This document shows, piece by piece, positions 11,030 through 20,810 of a DNA stretch of 64,000 nt. Every line of letters starts with the position of its first letter. The first letter of the stretch is position 1. The notes under the pieces were generated by a model. It saw only the letters and a list, made by a program, of their open reading frames with translations, was not told the DNA's origin and did no database searches. Position numbers and translations under genes: made by a program. Source of the stretch: a virus (taxonomy: Duplodnaviria; Caudoviricetes); the IMG/VR virus record IMGVR_UViG_3300037400_002553, positions 10,204-74,203 of that record; one strand, 5' to 3'.

Positions 11030-12443
11030 GACTCTTAGGACGTTCTACTTTTACATTATAATCAATTCCAGGTGTATTTTGAATAATGAATTTTCTATAT
11101 TCAGAAGCATCTTTAATGTTCATATTTAAAATATAGTTATTAATGTAATCTCTATTCTCTATGCCATTAACTGATACTGTTTGTAAAATTAATCTATCGG
11201 TTAATTCGTGCGTAAACGTATAATCAGCCATTTCGTCATATTTACTTACAATTTCATTATGAACGTCTTCAACCTCTTTTCTAATTTTTTCTTGTAAATC
11301 ATTATCAATAAGGTCATTTCCAGATATAGCATCAAGTAATTCATCAGAATACTTTCTTAACATCATTACTTTTACTTTATTAGACTCTTTAATCTTGAGT
11401 TTTTTCAAAAATTTTTCATCACGGTTTGTTAAGAATCTAAACTTAATTTTATCGTGTGTATTTGGTGTTTCAAAATCAAAAAATCCATTTTCATCACCCT
11501 TCAAATTAAAATCTTTATATTTTAATGTTGTTAAATCAATATTTGTTTCAAATTCCTTGCCAGTATCTGGATCCGTAACAATTATAGGATATTCATTTCC
11601 ATATCCAGTACCTCTTAACCATATGATTATTGCTTCAATATCACCCTGTAACAAACTATCAACATCGATTTTATCCATTACCTTTCTTTTTGCTATATGC
11701 TCAAGAAATTCTCCTTCTTTATATAAGTTTGGAGAAAAAATCATGTTTTCATCATATGCTGTTAAGTATGATACGCGCAATTCCTTTAATTTATTTTTGT
11801 AACATTCACCCTTAGATGGTAATTTTACCATTCCAAACATTTCTCTGCCATTCATTTCGAAAGGCTTATCTTCTTGTGATTGTTCTGACTTTTGAATTTC
11901 AAATTTAGGTGTATTTTCTACTCTTTGTGTATTTTCCTCAACCTGCAACTTTTCAACAACCTGATGATTAAATTCTGGTACGACCTGAGACCGTTCATCT
12001 AATTTAATAATAGGTTCATTATCAATAGAAGGAGCCTGAATTTTAAGTTCGCTAGTTTCTTGTCTTCCAGGGAAGTTAAGATTCTTCATTTGTTCCAAAT
12101 ATTTAGCCATTTCTTCCTTCTCCTCACTCTTTTTAACGATACTTTCGAGAGCACTTCTATCAATAGTCTTCTTTTTACCTTTTACACTTGATTTCAACTC
12201 TTCTTCAGTACCACCAAGGGCAACAAATCTATCAACTACGTCTTTTTGCATAGTTTTCATTAATTGTAATGCCTTTTCAGTGTCTTTTTCGCTATAAATT
12301 GGATTACCATCCTTATCTTTAGCCTCTTTACGGCGTTTAAGAGCATCAGCAATGCTCTTTTCATACATATTATATGAATTTATTAGTACACTTTTGGCTG
12401 TTTTCCTCTGTTCTGCTAATTCTTCTTTTGAAATTTGTGCCAT
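10968..12443 (-). CDS. Baseplate hub assembly/tail assembly chaperone (T4 gp26-like) with a charged N-terminal extension
   Basis: VKLPSKG...LTAYDENMI...LLQGDIEAIIIWLRGTGYG.EY...DPDTGKEFETNIDL. Lies upstream of the tape measure gene. Confidence 0.7.
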   Translation of the reverse strand: MAQISKEELAEQRKTAKSVLINSYNMYEKSIADALKRRKEAKDKDGNPIYSEKDTEKALQLMKTMQKDVVDRFVALGGTEEELKSSVKGKKKTIDRSALESIVKKSEEKEEMAKYLEQMKNLNFPGRQETSELKIQAPSIDNEPIIKLDERSQVVPEFNHQVVEKLQVEENTQRVENTPKFEIQKSEQSQEDKPFEMNGREMFGMVKLPSKGECYKNKLKELRVSYLTAYDENMIFSPNLYKEGEFLEHIAKRKVMDKIDVDSLLQGDIEAIIIWLRGTGYGNEYPIIVTDPDTGKEFETNIDLTTLKYKDFNLKGDENGFFDFETPNTHDKIKFRFLTNRDEKFLKKLKIKESNKVKVMMLRKYSDELLDAISGNDLIDNDLQEKIRKEVEDVHNEIVSKYDEMADYTFTHELTDRLILQTVSVNGIENRDYINNYILNMNIKDASEYRKFIIQNTPGIDYNVKVERPKSLGGGSVSTFLRFDQFIFVNI

Positions 12444-12459
12444 TTCTTTATTTAGTTTA

Positions 12460-13044
12460 CTATAAAGTTATTTTTTCTACTATAGTTGCAAAATATAGTG
12501 GATATTTATCGTCAGAATAATCCTCAAATATCTTACAATTTTTTAATGTGTATTTATTTCCGTCTGAAAGCACTATTTTTAGGTCGCGGGGAGGTAAGGC
12601 TTTTAGTTTTGTTTCAGAATCAAGGTCTTTATCATCCAAAACCCTATAACTATCATCCAACCAATATTTAATTTCACTTTCAGCGTCCTCATCAAGGCCT
12701 TCTGGATTGATATTTATGATTAAAACAAACATATCCTCTTCATCAGCCTTATCAAACAAGAAATCTTCATCAAAATTATTTCTATCTGAATCTAATAATA
12801 AGGCCTGTACCTCTACTTCATTATCATCATCTCCGTCATAGTATTCACCATAACTATTATCGTCATGCAAGTCATAAGAAAAGTCCCTGCTTTTATCTCT
12901 ATGTAAGAATGCATCAATCTGCTTATCTGTTCTACGGAATTTATCCATTACCATATCCTCATAAGCATCTCTTGTTAGTGTGCCTTCATATTTAAATTGA
13001 GCACTTTCAGTATCTTGTACTGGTATAATTAAATTTGTTAACAT
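12460..13044 (-). CDS. Acidic hypothetical protein
   Basis: 194-aa ORF, co-oriented with its neighbours. Confidence 0.6.
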   Translation of the reverse strand: MLTNLIIPVQDTESAQFKYEGTLTRDAYEDMVMDKFRRTDKQIDAFLHRDKSRDFSYDLHDDNSYGEYYDGDDDNEVEVQALLLDSDRNNFDEDFLFDKADEEDMFVLIININPEGLDEDAESEIKYWLDDSYRVLDDKDLDSETKLKALPPRDLKIVLSDGNKYTLKNCKIFEDYSDDKYPLYFATIVEKITL

Positions 13045-13046
13045 AA

Positions 13047-13223
13047 TTAAAATAGATTATTTATAATACACATCAACTGTTCTTCTATTGCCTTAATTCT
13101 TTCTTCTATAATTTCTTTTTCACTTTCTTCACATACGTCTAACTCGTATTTTAGAAAGTTAAACATATTATGGAGTTCAACAAAAGAAAGATGCTGTATC
13201 TTTTCGTTATTTATTTTCTTCAT
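13047..13223 (-). CDS. Small hypothetical protein (58 aa)
   Basis: Hand-translated MKKINNEKIQHLSFVELHNMFNFLKYELDVCEESEKEIIEERIKAIEEQL...; fills the gap between co-oriented genes. Confidence 0.55.
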   Translation of the reverse strand: MKKINNEKIQHLSFVELHNMFNFLKYELDVCEESEKEIIEERIKAIEEQLMCIINNLF

Positions 13224-13273
13224 ATTATTGCTTATTTTAAAAATAGTTATTTTTCATGAAAAGTAAACACTTT

Positions 13274-13786
13274 TTAGTGTCTTTTCTTTTTATTTTTGAT
13301 AGTTCCATCTAAATATGGTTTTAATTCCTCTTTTAAATATTTCATAACACTGCTTGGCGATTCATTAATATCTTTTTCCCAAACATAAATTAATTTAATC
13401 CCATTTGTCCTACACCATTTCCTTTTTAATTCATCAATCTTTATGTCTCGTTTTTGCGTCCTATCTAAATCTTTTTCCTCGTATAGCCTTGGATCTCCAT
13501 GCCAATAACTACCCTGTACTTCAATAATTGGGCCTCTCAAATCTGGACATATTCTAAAATCAAAATATCTACCAATAGATTCAGCCTTATATTGGTAAGT
13601 ATAATTGATGCCTAGTTTATCTAGAAAATCTCTTGCAAAACGTTCTTCCAACTTAGAAGTGCCATATTCTTGTTTTCCTTTTGCTCGTTCTCGCGCATAA
13701 CGAATTTTAGAGGCCTTCGTTCTTTCTATATGCTTTTTCTTTCTAGGAATAATAGTCTTAATATTTTTACGAATAGGTTGTGCCAT
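13274..13786 (-). CDS. Vsr/DUF559-like PD-(D/E)xK endonuclease
   Basis: GTSKLEERF...RYFDF...IIEVQGSYWHG...RDIKIDELK...NGIKLIYVWE. Confidence 0.75.
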   Translation of the reverse strand: MAQPIRKNIKTIIPRKKKHIERTKASKIRYARERAKGKQEYGTSKLEERFARDFLDKLGINYTYQYKAESIGRYFDFRICPDLRGPIIEVQGSYWHGDPRLYEEKDLDRTQKRDIKIDELKRKWCRTNGIKLIYVWEKDINESPSSVMKYLKEELKPYLDGTIKNKKKRH

Positions 13787-13962
13787 TACATATCATGTTT
13801 ATTTTTATACATATCAGCCATAGAATCATTAATCCAGCCACTTAATCCTTTAGTAAAGCCCATACTTTCCCAACGTTCGCGGATAAGTTTACGTGCTTCG
13901 GCCTGTATGCCAGTAGATATATTACCTACTTGGCCTTCATTTAAAAATTGTAATTTATTCAT
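13786..13962 (-). CDS. 58-aa protein resembling the N-terminal pro-domain of a gp23-type major capsid protein
   Basis: Hand-translated MNKLQFLNEGQVGNISTGIQAEARKLIRERWESMGFTKGLSGWINDSMADMYKNKHDM; TAATG overlap with the next gene. Confidence 0.6.
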   Translation of the reverse strand: MNKLQFLNEGQVGNISTGIQAEARKLIRERWESMGFTKGLSGWINDSMADMYKNKHDM

Positions 13963-14014
13963 AATATTTTTTTGCTATTTTTAGCCAATATAATTTCTTT
14001 TTTTCATTAAATAG

Positions 14015-14362
14015 TCATAGATCTAAGTTTTTCGGATCACTATGACTGATATTATATAAATCTTCAAACTTTTGGCAATTTTTTTTGAAACTTAACATAT
14101 CATCAAGTCCCATTTCAAACCATTCATTCATAATTTTATTACTTCCATACTTAATATGCATCCACTTCTCAATAAAGAACGGGTGTTCTGTTTGAAAATA
14201 ATCAACCAGATATATTTCTCCGCTATTTCCAGTCTGTAATTTCTTTATTCTACGCTCGATAGTACCTCTTGTTACGCCTATTTTATATATTCCTTCCTTT
14301 TCAAAGTCGCCTAATAAATAAACATAACCTTTTTTCTCGGTATTTTCATCTTTTATATTCAT
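14015..14362 (-). CDS. GIY-YIG superfamily (T5orf172-like) protein
   Basis: GYVYLL...YKIGVTR...RRIKKLQTGNS...IEKWMH...NEWF. Confidence 0.8.
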   Translation of the reverse strand: MNIKDENTEKKGYVYLLGDFEKEGIYKIGVTRGTIERRIKKLQTGNSGEIYLVDYFQTEHPFFIEKWMHIKYGSNKIMNEWFEMGLDDMLSFKKNCQKFEDLYNISHSDPKNLDL

Positions 14363-14495
14363 TTTTACTTCGCAAAACTATATTTATATATGAATAATAT
14401 GATTTTTTTAGGAAAAGTAAATATTTTTTACCTATAAACAACTATTTATTAGTAATAAAAGACGAATAATCAATTCAATAAAAACGTTTTATACA

Positions 14496-14924
14496 ATGAA
14501 TAAGAAGAATTATTTAAAAGAACTCAATGAAATCAAGAGTATCGCTGATAAAATCAAAAAAATCAATCTTAATGAACAAATAAGTTTTGAAGATGACGAA
14601 GATTTTAACGATTTATACGGAAACGATGATGAACAGCCAGTAGAGGAACCAGTTCAAGAACCAGAAGTTCCAGCAGAGGAACCAGTTCAAGAACCAGATC
14701 AGTGTGCGGATGGTGAATGTAACTTAGACAAGAAATCTACCGAGGAAGTTGGTATGGAAGAACTTGATAAAATGGGTGAAGTAGACCAAATCCGTAAAAT
14801 CACTCTTAATGGTATGACAAAACTTGCAGACCACCCAGAAGATCCTCAATTCCAAGCACTTTTGAAGATATTCCAAATCTGCAATAAATCTGTTGATACA
14901 AAAGAAGATGGTGGTGAAAAATAA
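14496..14924 (+). CDS. Acidic hypothetical protein, candidate head-internal protein
   Basis: 142 aa; N-terminal LKELNE/LNEQ motifs; EEPVQEP repeat; preceded by CTATTTATT. Confidence 0.6.
   Translation: MNKKNYLKELNEIKSIADKIKKINLNEQISFEDDEDFNDLYGNDDEQPVEEPVQEPEVPAEEPVQEPDQCADGECNLDKKSTEEVGMEELDKMGEVDQIRKITLNGMTKLADHPEDPQFQALLKIFQICNKSVDTKEDGGEK
14642..14698 (+). repeat. 24-bp direct repeat with a 33-bp period (EEPVQEP x2)
   Basis: AGAGGAACCAGTTCAAGAACCAGA at 14642 and 14675. Confidence 0.85.
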
Positions 14925-14958
14925 TTTAATTTTTTTCATCAAAAACTTATAAGTGATA

Positions 14959-14967
14959 CTATTTATA
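14959..14967 (+). promoter_or_regulatory. Putative late promoter CTATTTATA
   Basis: 40 nt upstream of the tail tube ATG. Confidence 0.5.
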
Positions 14968-15006
14968 ATAAACGAAAATAACTAAGATTAAAAAGACTAT
15001 AATAAT

Positions 15007-15495
15007 ATGAGTGATTTACTTCAAAGAATGCCGTTACAGTTCGAACCTCTAAGAAAAAATAGATGGGTGGTTCGTTTTCCAAGTGACTTAGGTATATCAG
15101 AATGGATGCTTTCATCTGCATCTCGTCCAAAATTAACACAGAGCTCAACAGAAATACAATTCCTTAATACTTCTACTTATGTAGTTGGAAGATACACATG
15201 GGATAGTTTGCAATTTACCTTCAGAGACCCAATCGCGCCATCAGCATCTCAAGCATTAATGGAGTGGATTCGTCTTTGCTCTGAGTCAGTAACTGGACGT
15301 CAAGGCTATGCTGCTGGATATAAGAGAGATATTGAGTTGGAAATGCTTGATCCTACAGGCGTTTGTGTTCAGAAATGGATTTTAAAAAATGCCTGGATTT
15401 CGAATTGTGATTTTGGGTCACTTTCTTACTCAGATGATGCCATCGCTGACATTACTGCTACAATAGTTCTAGATTATGCGATACTCGCGTACTAA
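15007..15495 (+). CDS. Tail tube protein (T4 gp19-like)
   Basis: FEPLRKNRW...SASRPK...GRYTWDSLQFTFRDPI..SASQALMEW...GYKRDIELEMLDPTGVCVQKWILKNAW; 162 aa. Confidence 0.9.
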   Translation: MSDLLQRMPLQFEPLRKNRWVVRFPSDLGISEWMLSSASRPKLTQSSTEIQFLNTSTYVVGRYTWDSLQFTFRDPIAPSASQALMEWIRLCSESVTGRQGYAAGYKRDIELEMLDPTGVCVQKWILKNAWISNCDFGSLSYSDDAIADITATIVLDYAILAY

Positions 15496-15531
15496 CCTGA
15501 TTATCAAGCAGTTACATTATTATAACATTAT

Positions 15532-15560
15532 AAAAGCCGATAAAAATTCGGCTTTTATTT
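15532..15560 (+). terminator. Rho-independent terminator
   Basis: AAAAGCCGA-TAAAAAT-TCGGCTTTT followed by a T run, after the tube gene. Confidence 0.75.
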
Positions 15561-15643
15561 TTTTATATGTATACATATTTTTTTTGTATATTTATAGTAC
15601 TTTATCTATGGGAAAAAGTATTTATAGTAAAAAAAGAAGAAAT

Positions 15644-17527
15644 ATGTATAGTTTTAATGAATTTATAGAAAGGGCAAAAAAAGTACATGGTGACAAATAC
15701 AATTATTCAAAAGTTAATATAGTAGATAATAATGAAAAAGTTTGTATTATATGCCCAAAACATGGTGAATTTTGGCAAACGCCAAAAAGTCATATTGTTA
15801 GAAAATATGGTTGTCCTAAATGTGGCCGTGAAATATGTGCAAATAAAACAAAGAAAACTAATAATGAAATTATTAATGATTTTTTTTCTGTACATGGCAA
15901 AAAATATGACTACAGTAAAGTAGAATATACTAATGCATATACCAAAGTATGTATTATATGTCCAAAGCATGGTGAATTTTGGCAAACACCGCATGATCAT
16001 TTAAAAGGTGTTGGCTGTCCAAAATGTGGCATGGAAAAGCAAAAAGAAATTCTTTCAGATACTTATCCTATTTTTTTAGAAAAAGCAAAAAAAGTACATG
16101 GGAATAAGTATGATTACTCAAAAGTAGATTATATAAACCAAAATACTAAAATTTGTATTATATGCCCAAAGCATGGTGAATTTTGGCAAACACCAAACAA
16201 CCATCTTCGTGGGGAGGGATGTAGAATATGTGGCATAGAGTCAACTAAATATTATCGAAGTTTAAAACAAGATGATTTTATAAAAAGATCAAATAAAAAA
16301 TTTAATAATTTCTATGATTATTCAAAAACAGATTTAAATCATAGAGATGAAAATGGAAAAATAATTATTACTTGCCCACTACACGGTGATTTTCTAGCAA
16401 ACCCGTCTTGGCATCTATCTGGGGTTGGATGTCCAAAATGCGGAAAATCTGAAAAATATACTACTGAAGAATTCATAGAAAAGGCAATAAATAAACATAA
16501 AAACAAATATACATATGAAAAAGTTGAATATGTAAACTGTCAAACTAAAGTACCTATTACATGTCCAAAACATGGTATTTTTTATCAAGCACCAAGTGAA
16601 CATTTATACGGTAAAGGTTGTCCAAAATGTGGAAACCAAATATCAAAAGCAGAAGATGAAATATATAATTTTTGTTGTGAACAAATAGGTGAAGAAAATG
16701 TTCAGCAGAGAAATAGACTTATTATCCACCCGTATGAATTAGACATTTACTTACGTTCATTAGGATATGCAATTGAATATAATGGGTTAAGATGGCATTC
16801 AGAAAAATTCGGAAAGGATAGATATTACCATCTAAATAAATTAAATGCTTGTAAAGAAAGGGGTATTAAACTAATCCAGATATTCGAGGATGAATATGTA
16901 AATAAACGAGATATTGTGTATAATAAGTTAAAACATATAATGAAATTTGATCAAAAATTACCTAGAATACCTGGCAGAAAATGTAAAGTAACGGAAATTT
17001 CTATTAACGAAGCAAAAGATTTTCTAAACAAATACCATATTCAAGGTTATGTTGGTTCTAAAGTTTATTTAGGTGCTTTTTATGATAAAGAATTAGTTGC
17101 TGTAATGACGTTTAAAACATTAAATAGAAATCCTCTAAATTGGGAATTAACGAGATTCGCAAGTAACTATAATTACATTTGCCAAGGTGTCGGAGGAAAA
17201 TTATTCACTCACTTTATAAAGAATTATAATCCAGAAGAAATTAAATCTTTTGCTGATAGGAGATGGACTATCAACGAAGAAAATAACATATACACAAAAT
17301 TAGGTTTTGAATTTGACTCTTATACCAATCCAGATTATCATTACTATAGAGAAGAAGACGGTCCAATTAGACAACATAAATTTGCTTTTAGAAAAAATAG
17401 ACTAAACAAGAAGTATGGCTTACCATTATCCATGACAGAAGAAGAGATGACTGAAAATTTAGGCTATACAAAAATATACGATTGCGGACTTATAAAATAT
17501 ACATGGAACAAAAAAAGAGAGGTTTAA
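15644..17527 (+). mobile_element. Free-standing homing-endonuclease-like gene (five Zn-ribbon repeats, PD-(D/E)xK domain, Hef-like C-terminus)
   Basis: Five CPxHGxFxxxPxxHxxxxGCxxC-type units, then YELDIY...AIEYNGLRWHS, then FLNKYHIQG...WELTRFA...ADRRW. The start is more likely ATG 15644, after the TATTTATA motif, than 15476. Confidence 0.75.
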
Positions 17528-17540
17528 ACCTCTCTTTTTT
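17511..17540. terminator. Bidirectional terminator between convergent genes
   Basis: AAAAAAGAGAGG-TTTAAA-CCTCTCTTTTTT. Confidence 0.8.
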
Positions 17541-17557
17541 CTTTATTATAGGAAATA

Positions 17558-20500
17558 TTAAATATCGCTGAAGGATACGCCTTGAGGAGTGACCATAAAC
17601 TCAATCTCGATATATTCGAGGGTTGGAGTAGGTTTAACCCATAGTTTACATTGGATTTCGTGAGCATCCATCATTTCAGGAGTTTGTTCTACATCCAATC
17701 TGTAATCTGTAATACCTCTATCTCTCTTGATTTGAGCAAGGATTGGGTTAACAATGTCCTCGAATTCTGCTTTTAGAGTTGTATCATTAGGCTCGAAGAG
17801 TAATACTCTTGTAGACTCAATGATAAGTTTTCTCATGTAAAGCATCAATCTCACTGTGTTAACTCTGTTCATTGGAGTGTCACCAGTGTACATTGTTTTA
17901 TTACCCCAAACCTTAACACCATCTTGTGAGAATGTCTTTAATGGGTTGATACGACCATCGTAAACATTATCCTCATCCTCAAGTTTAGCAAAGAAGTGCA
18001 TTCTAGTGCAATCAACTTTACCTCTCTCAATACCTGCAGGTGCATACCATGGGAATTTCTTGTTATCAACGTCAGCCATATTTCTCAATACGTCCTTAGT
18101 TGCAGGAAGATTAATAAAGATATTATTCTCACTATCGAAGAATTTAACCCAAGGATAGTATGTACATGCATAATATGTATCGATACCTACATCTTCAAGG
18201 TTTTCAGCAGCATCTGCAGATGAGTACATCTCGTCAATTGCGTCTGAAGCGCCCCAAGGCTTATCAGGAGTATCAACTACATATAATGTATCTTGACGTT
18301 TTTCCTCAATCATGTCGAGTGCATCTTCAACAAGTAATGTGTTGTTTACGTAATCGATGCCTGGAGTAGCAAACAAGTTGATTATATACTTCTCTGGAAT
18401 CTCAAATTGGTTATAGCCAGCTAAGAAAGCGTAATAGTCAGATGTGATACAGTTTCCTTCAAGTGCTAGGCTTGTTCCATCTTGGATTTTAGAGAATGTT
18501 TGTCCGTATCCGTTTTTAATTGTACCCTTATATTTATTTGCTTTAAATTCGTCTGTATTTGTACGCGCGTTACGATAAATATCCCATCCATCGAAACCAC
18601 CATAGAAGCACATTGTGAACTTACGCAATGCTTTATCAGCATAGATTGTATCTTCCATATCTTGTTCACTACCAATTACTGGTGCACTACCTCCTACAGG
18701 TGTATTATTTACAGATACACAATCCCATGTAATTGATGAAGTATTTAAGTCTCCGTCAATGGTAATTGTAATTCCGCTTAATTCTTGTTTTATCTCATCT
18801 GATAGTGTAGAATCAAGGTGGAATGGGTGTGTATATCCGTGAGTAAACTCATCCGTGTACGCATTTTTGCCTTTATAAGAAAGCATGTCGGTATCTATAC
18901 CAGTTAAATCTGACAAACCGAAGTATTGACGTTTTGCCTTGATATCATCATCAAGAATAGTGTTATATTTGAATGAAGGGGCGATTAATTGACTAGTACC
19001 CTCTTTTTTGTCTGAATAATCACGTACAGGGTAGCCTAAGAAACCGCATGGAACACAATTTTGTGTCATATCATTTTCAATAACCTCTACCATGATAAAT
19101 TTAGATTTCAATTCATATGCACCATCTAATGTACCAATTTGTAGTCCAATATATTTTGGATCACCAGGAACCATAGTAAGATTCTTAAATGACTCAAGAA
19201 TTGTTACATTACCGTCAGAATCACCGAAGTCACGAACATATACATCAAATCTTCCATCATCTGGGCGAATATTAGCAATAGAAATCTTTACTTCAGTATT
19301 AGATTCTGTACCGTCAGAAATAGTGTGGAATCTGAAAAGTTTCTTAACTTGTAAGTTCTTTCCATCACCCTTTAACTCTGAAACAACCCAAGGAGTTGAT
19401 GCACAACGGAATTGATCATGGTAATCACTCATATCATTTAATGGCACAAGAATATCTTTATCATTTTCATCCTTGTCTAAACAAACAAATGCATCATATT
19501 CCAATACTTTAACCGCTTTAACTGTATCATTGAGCGTTCCAGCACTTATACTTTCAACTGTAATTCCACTTCCGCTTTCGTCTTTTAATTCAACATATAT
19601 ATATTTTTTTACACCGTTAGTAGGATCTATAAATGATTTAACAGTATAAATACTACCTACCGTCATTGCGCTAGTTTCAGAAGTAATAGTATTAGCACTA
19701 TTTGTTATATGGAATACAAATCCGTTACCAGTATCGCCACTAAATTCTTCTCCATTTTCTGCACAAATAAATGTTTGACCAAGTTGTTTTCTTGTTAAAC
19801 TTGTCTCAGGAATAGTAACGAAGTCTTTAACTGGATCCGCAACAGCAGAAATTACCAACTCGTTAACTTTTTTAAGTTCTCTAGTTGTTCCACTTGTTCC
19901 AGTAACAGTTATTCCGCCAATTTCAGAAACTTTTTGTCTGGTAATCAAGTCATCCAACATTACATCATATAATTCCTCAACGAAAATTGCGGATGTTCCC
20001 TCACTTGCTTTAGAACCAAGGACATTATAGATATAATCCTTAGTACCAGCGTTTAATGAAACTGGATAACGACCAACCTCAACATATTCTCCCTTTTCTT
20101 GATCGAATTTATGTGCAACCAATGTAAATTGGCCATAGTTAATCGCATTAATTGGATAAGTTTCAGTGCTTGCAGTAGTTGCTGTTACGGAGCCACAATT
20201 AACCAAAACAGATACGTTAGTGTAAGGTTCAATAGTTACTTTATCACATGCAAATTGCAATGTATCATATTTAGAAATTGGGTTACACTCAGTACCAACA
20301 TTTGCATACTTTTTGTAAACACCTCTTGAACGTAATACTGCAATCACATGTGTTTCTGTTTGGGCAGAGTCCGTTGCAGTGATTAAGAATGCAGGGCCTG
20401 CATTATAGCCGCTAAGTCCTAAAACACGGCAAACATAAAGACGATCTGATGCTGACAAATATGATTTAGCAATGTAAGGTAATTGATATTTAGGATATTG

Positions 20501-20710
20501 AGAATCCTTAAATTTCTCTGCGCTAGTACCACCAAAATAGTCTCTAAATTGGTTATAATCTTGAACTAAAATTGGTTCAAAAGCAGGACCTTTAAGCGTC
20601 TCACCAGCAATACCCAATGTAGTTACACCTAATGTTTTCGCAGCATAAGAAAGATCTGTGAATTTAGTATAAACTCCAGGACTTGAATGTGTTCCTCTAA
20701 TTTTTCCCAT
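17558..20710 (-). CDS. Tail sheath protein (T4 gp18-like)
   Basis: SPGVY...GETLKGPAFEP N-terminus; C-terminal NLFATPGIDY...WYAPAGIERG...RINPL...VWGNKT...RVNTVRL...LFEPND. Confidence 0.95.
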   Translation of the reverse strand: MGKIRGTHSSPGVYTKFTDLSYAAKTLGVTTLGIAGETLKGPAFEPILVQDYNQFRDYFGGTSAEKFKDSQYPKYQLPYIAKSYLSASDRLYVCRVLGLSGYNAGPAFLITATDSAQTETHVIAVLRSRGVYKKYANVGTECNPISKYDTLQFACDKVTIEPYTNVSVLVNCGSVTATTASTETYPINAINYGQFTLVAHKFDQEKGEYVEVGRYPVSLNAGTKDYIYNVLGSKASEGTSAIFVEELYDVMLDDLITRQKVSEIGGITVTGTSGTTRELKKVNELVISAVADPVKDFVTIPETSLTRKQLGQTFICAENGEEFSGDTGNGFVFHITNSANTITSETSAMTVGSIYTVKSFIDPTNGVKKYIYVELKDESGSGITVESISAGTLNDTVKAVKVLEYDAFVCLDKDENDKDILVPLNDMSDYHDQFRCASTPWVVSELKGDGKNLQVKKLFRFHTISDGTESNTEVKISIANIRPDDGRFDVYVRDFGDSDGNVTILESFKNLTMVPGDPKYIGLQIGTLDGAYELKSKFIMVEVIENDMTQNCVPCGFLGYPVRDYSDKKEGTSQLIAPSFKYNTILDDDIKAKRQYFGLSDLTGIDTDMLSYKGKNAYTDEFTHGYTHPFHLDSTLSDEIKQELSGITITIDGDLNTSSITWDCVSVNNTPVGGSAPVIGSEQDMEDTIYADKALRKFTMCFYGGFDGWDIYRNARTNTDEFKANKYKGTIKNGYGQTFSKIQDGTSLALEGNCITSDYYAFLAGYNQFEIPEKYIINLFATPGIDYVNNTLLVEDALDMIEEKRQDTLYVVDTPDKPWGASDAIDEMYSSADAAENLEDVGIDTYYACTYYPWVKFFDSENNIFINLPATKDVLRNMADVDNKKFPWYAPAGIERGKVDCTRMHFFAKLEDEDNVYDGRINPLKTFSQDGVKVWGNKTMYTGDTPMNRVNTVRLMLYMRKLIIESTRVLLFEPNDTTLKAEFEDIVNPILAQIKRDRGITDYRLDVEQTPEMMDAHEIQCKLWVKPTPTLEYIEIEFMVTPQGVSFSDI

Positions 20711-20752
20711 AATTATTATTTTATTTTAATTTGATTATTCACTTATTTTATA

Positions 20753-20760
20753 ATAAATAC
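20753..20760 (-). promoter_or_regulatory. Putative late promoter GTATTTAT
   Basis: 43 nt upstream of the sheath ATG. Confidence 0.5.
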
Positions 20761-20810
20761 TTTCTTTCTTTCGAAAAATACAGTTAGTTTGTATTTATTT
20801 TACTAAAATT

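Noticed and set aside
15476-15643. N-terminal 56 aa of the 683-aa ORF
   Set aside because: It overlaps the tube stop and runs through a terminator and promoter motif; ATG 15644 fits better.
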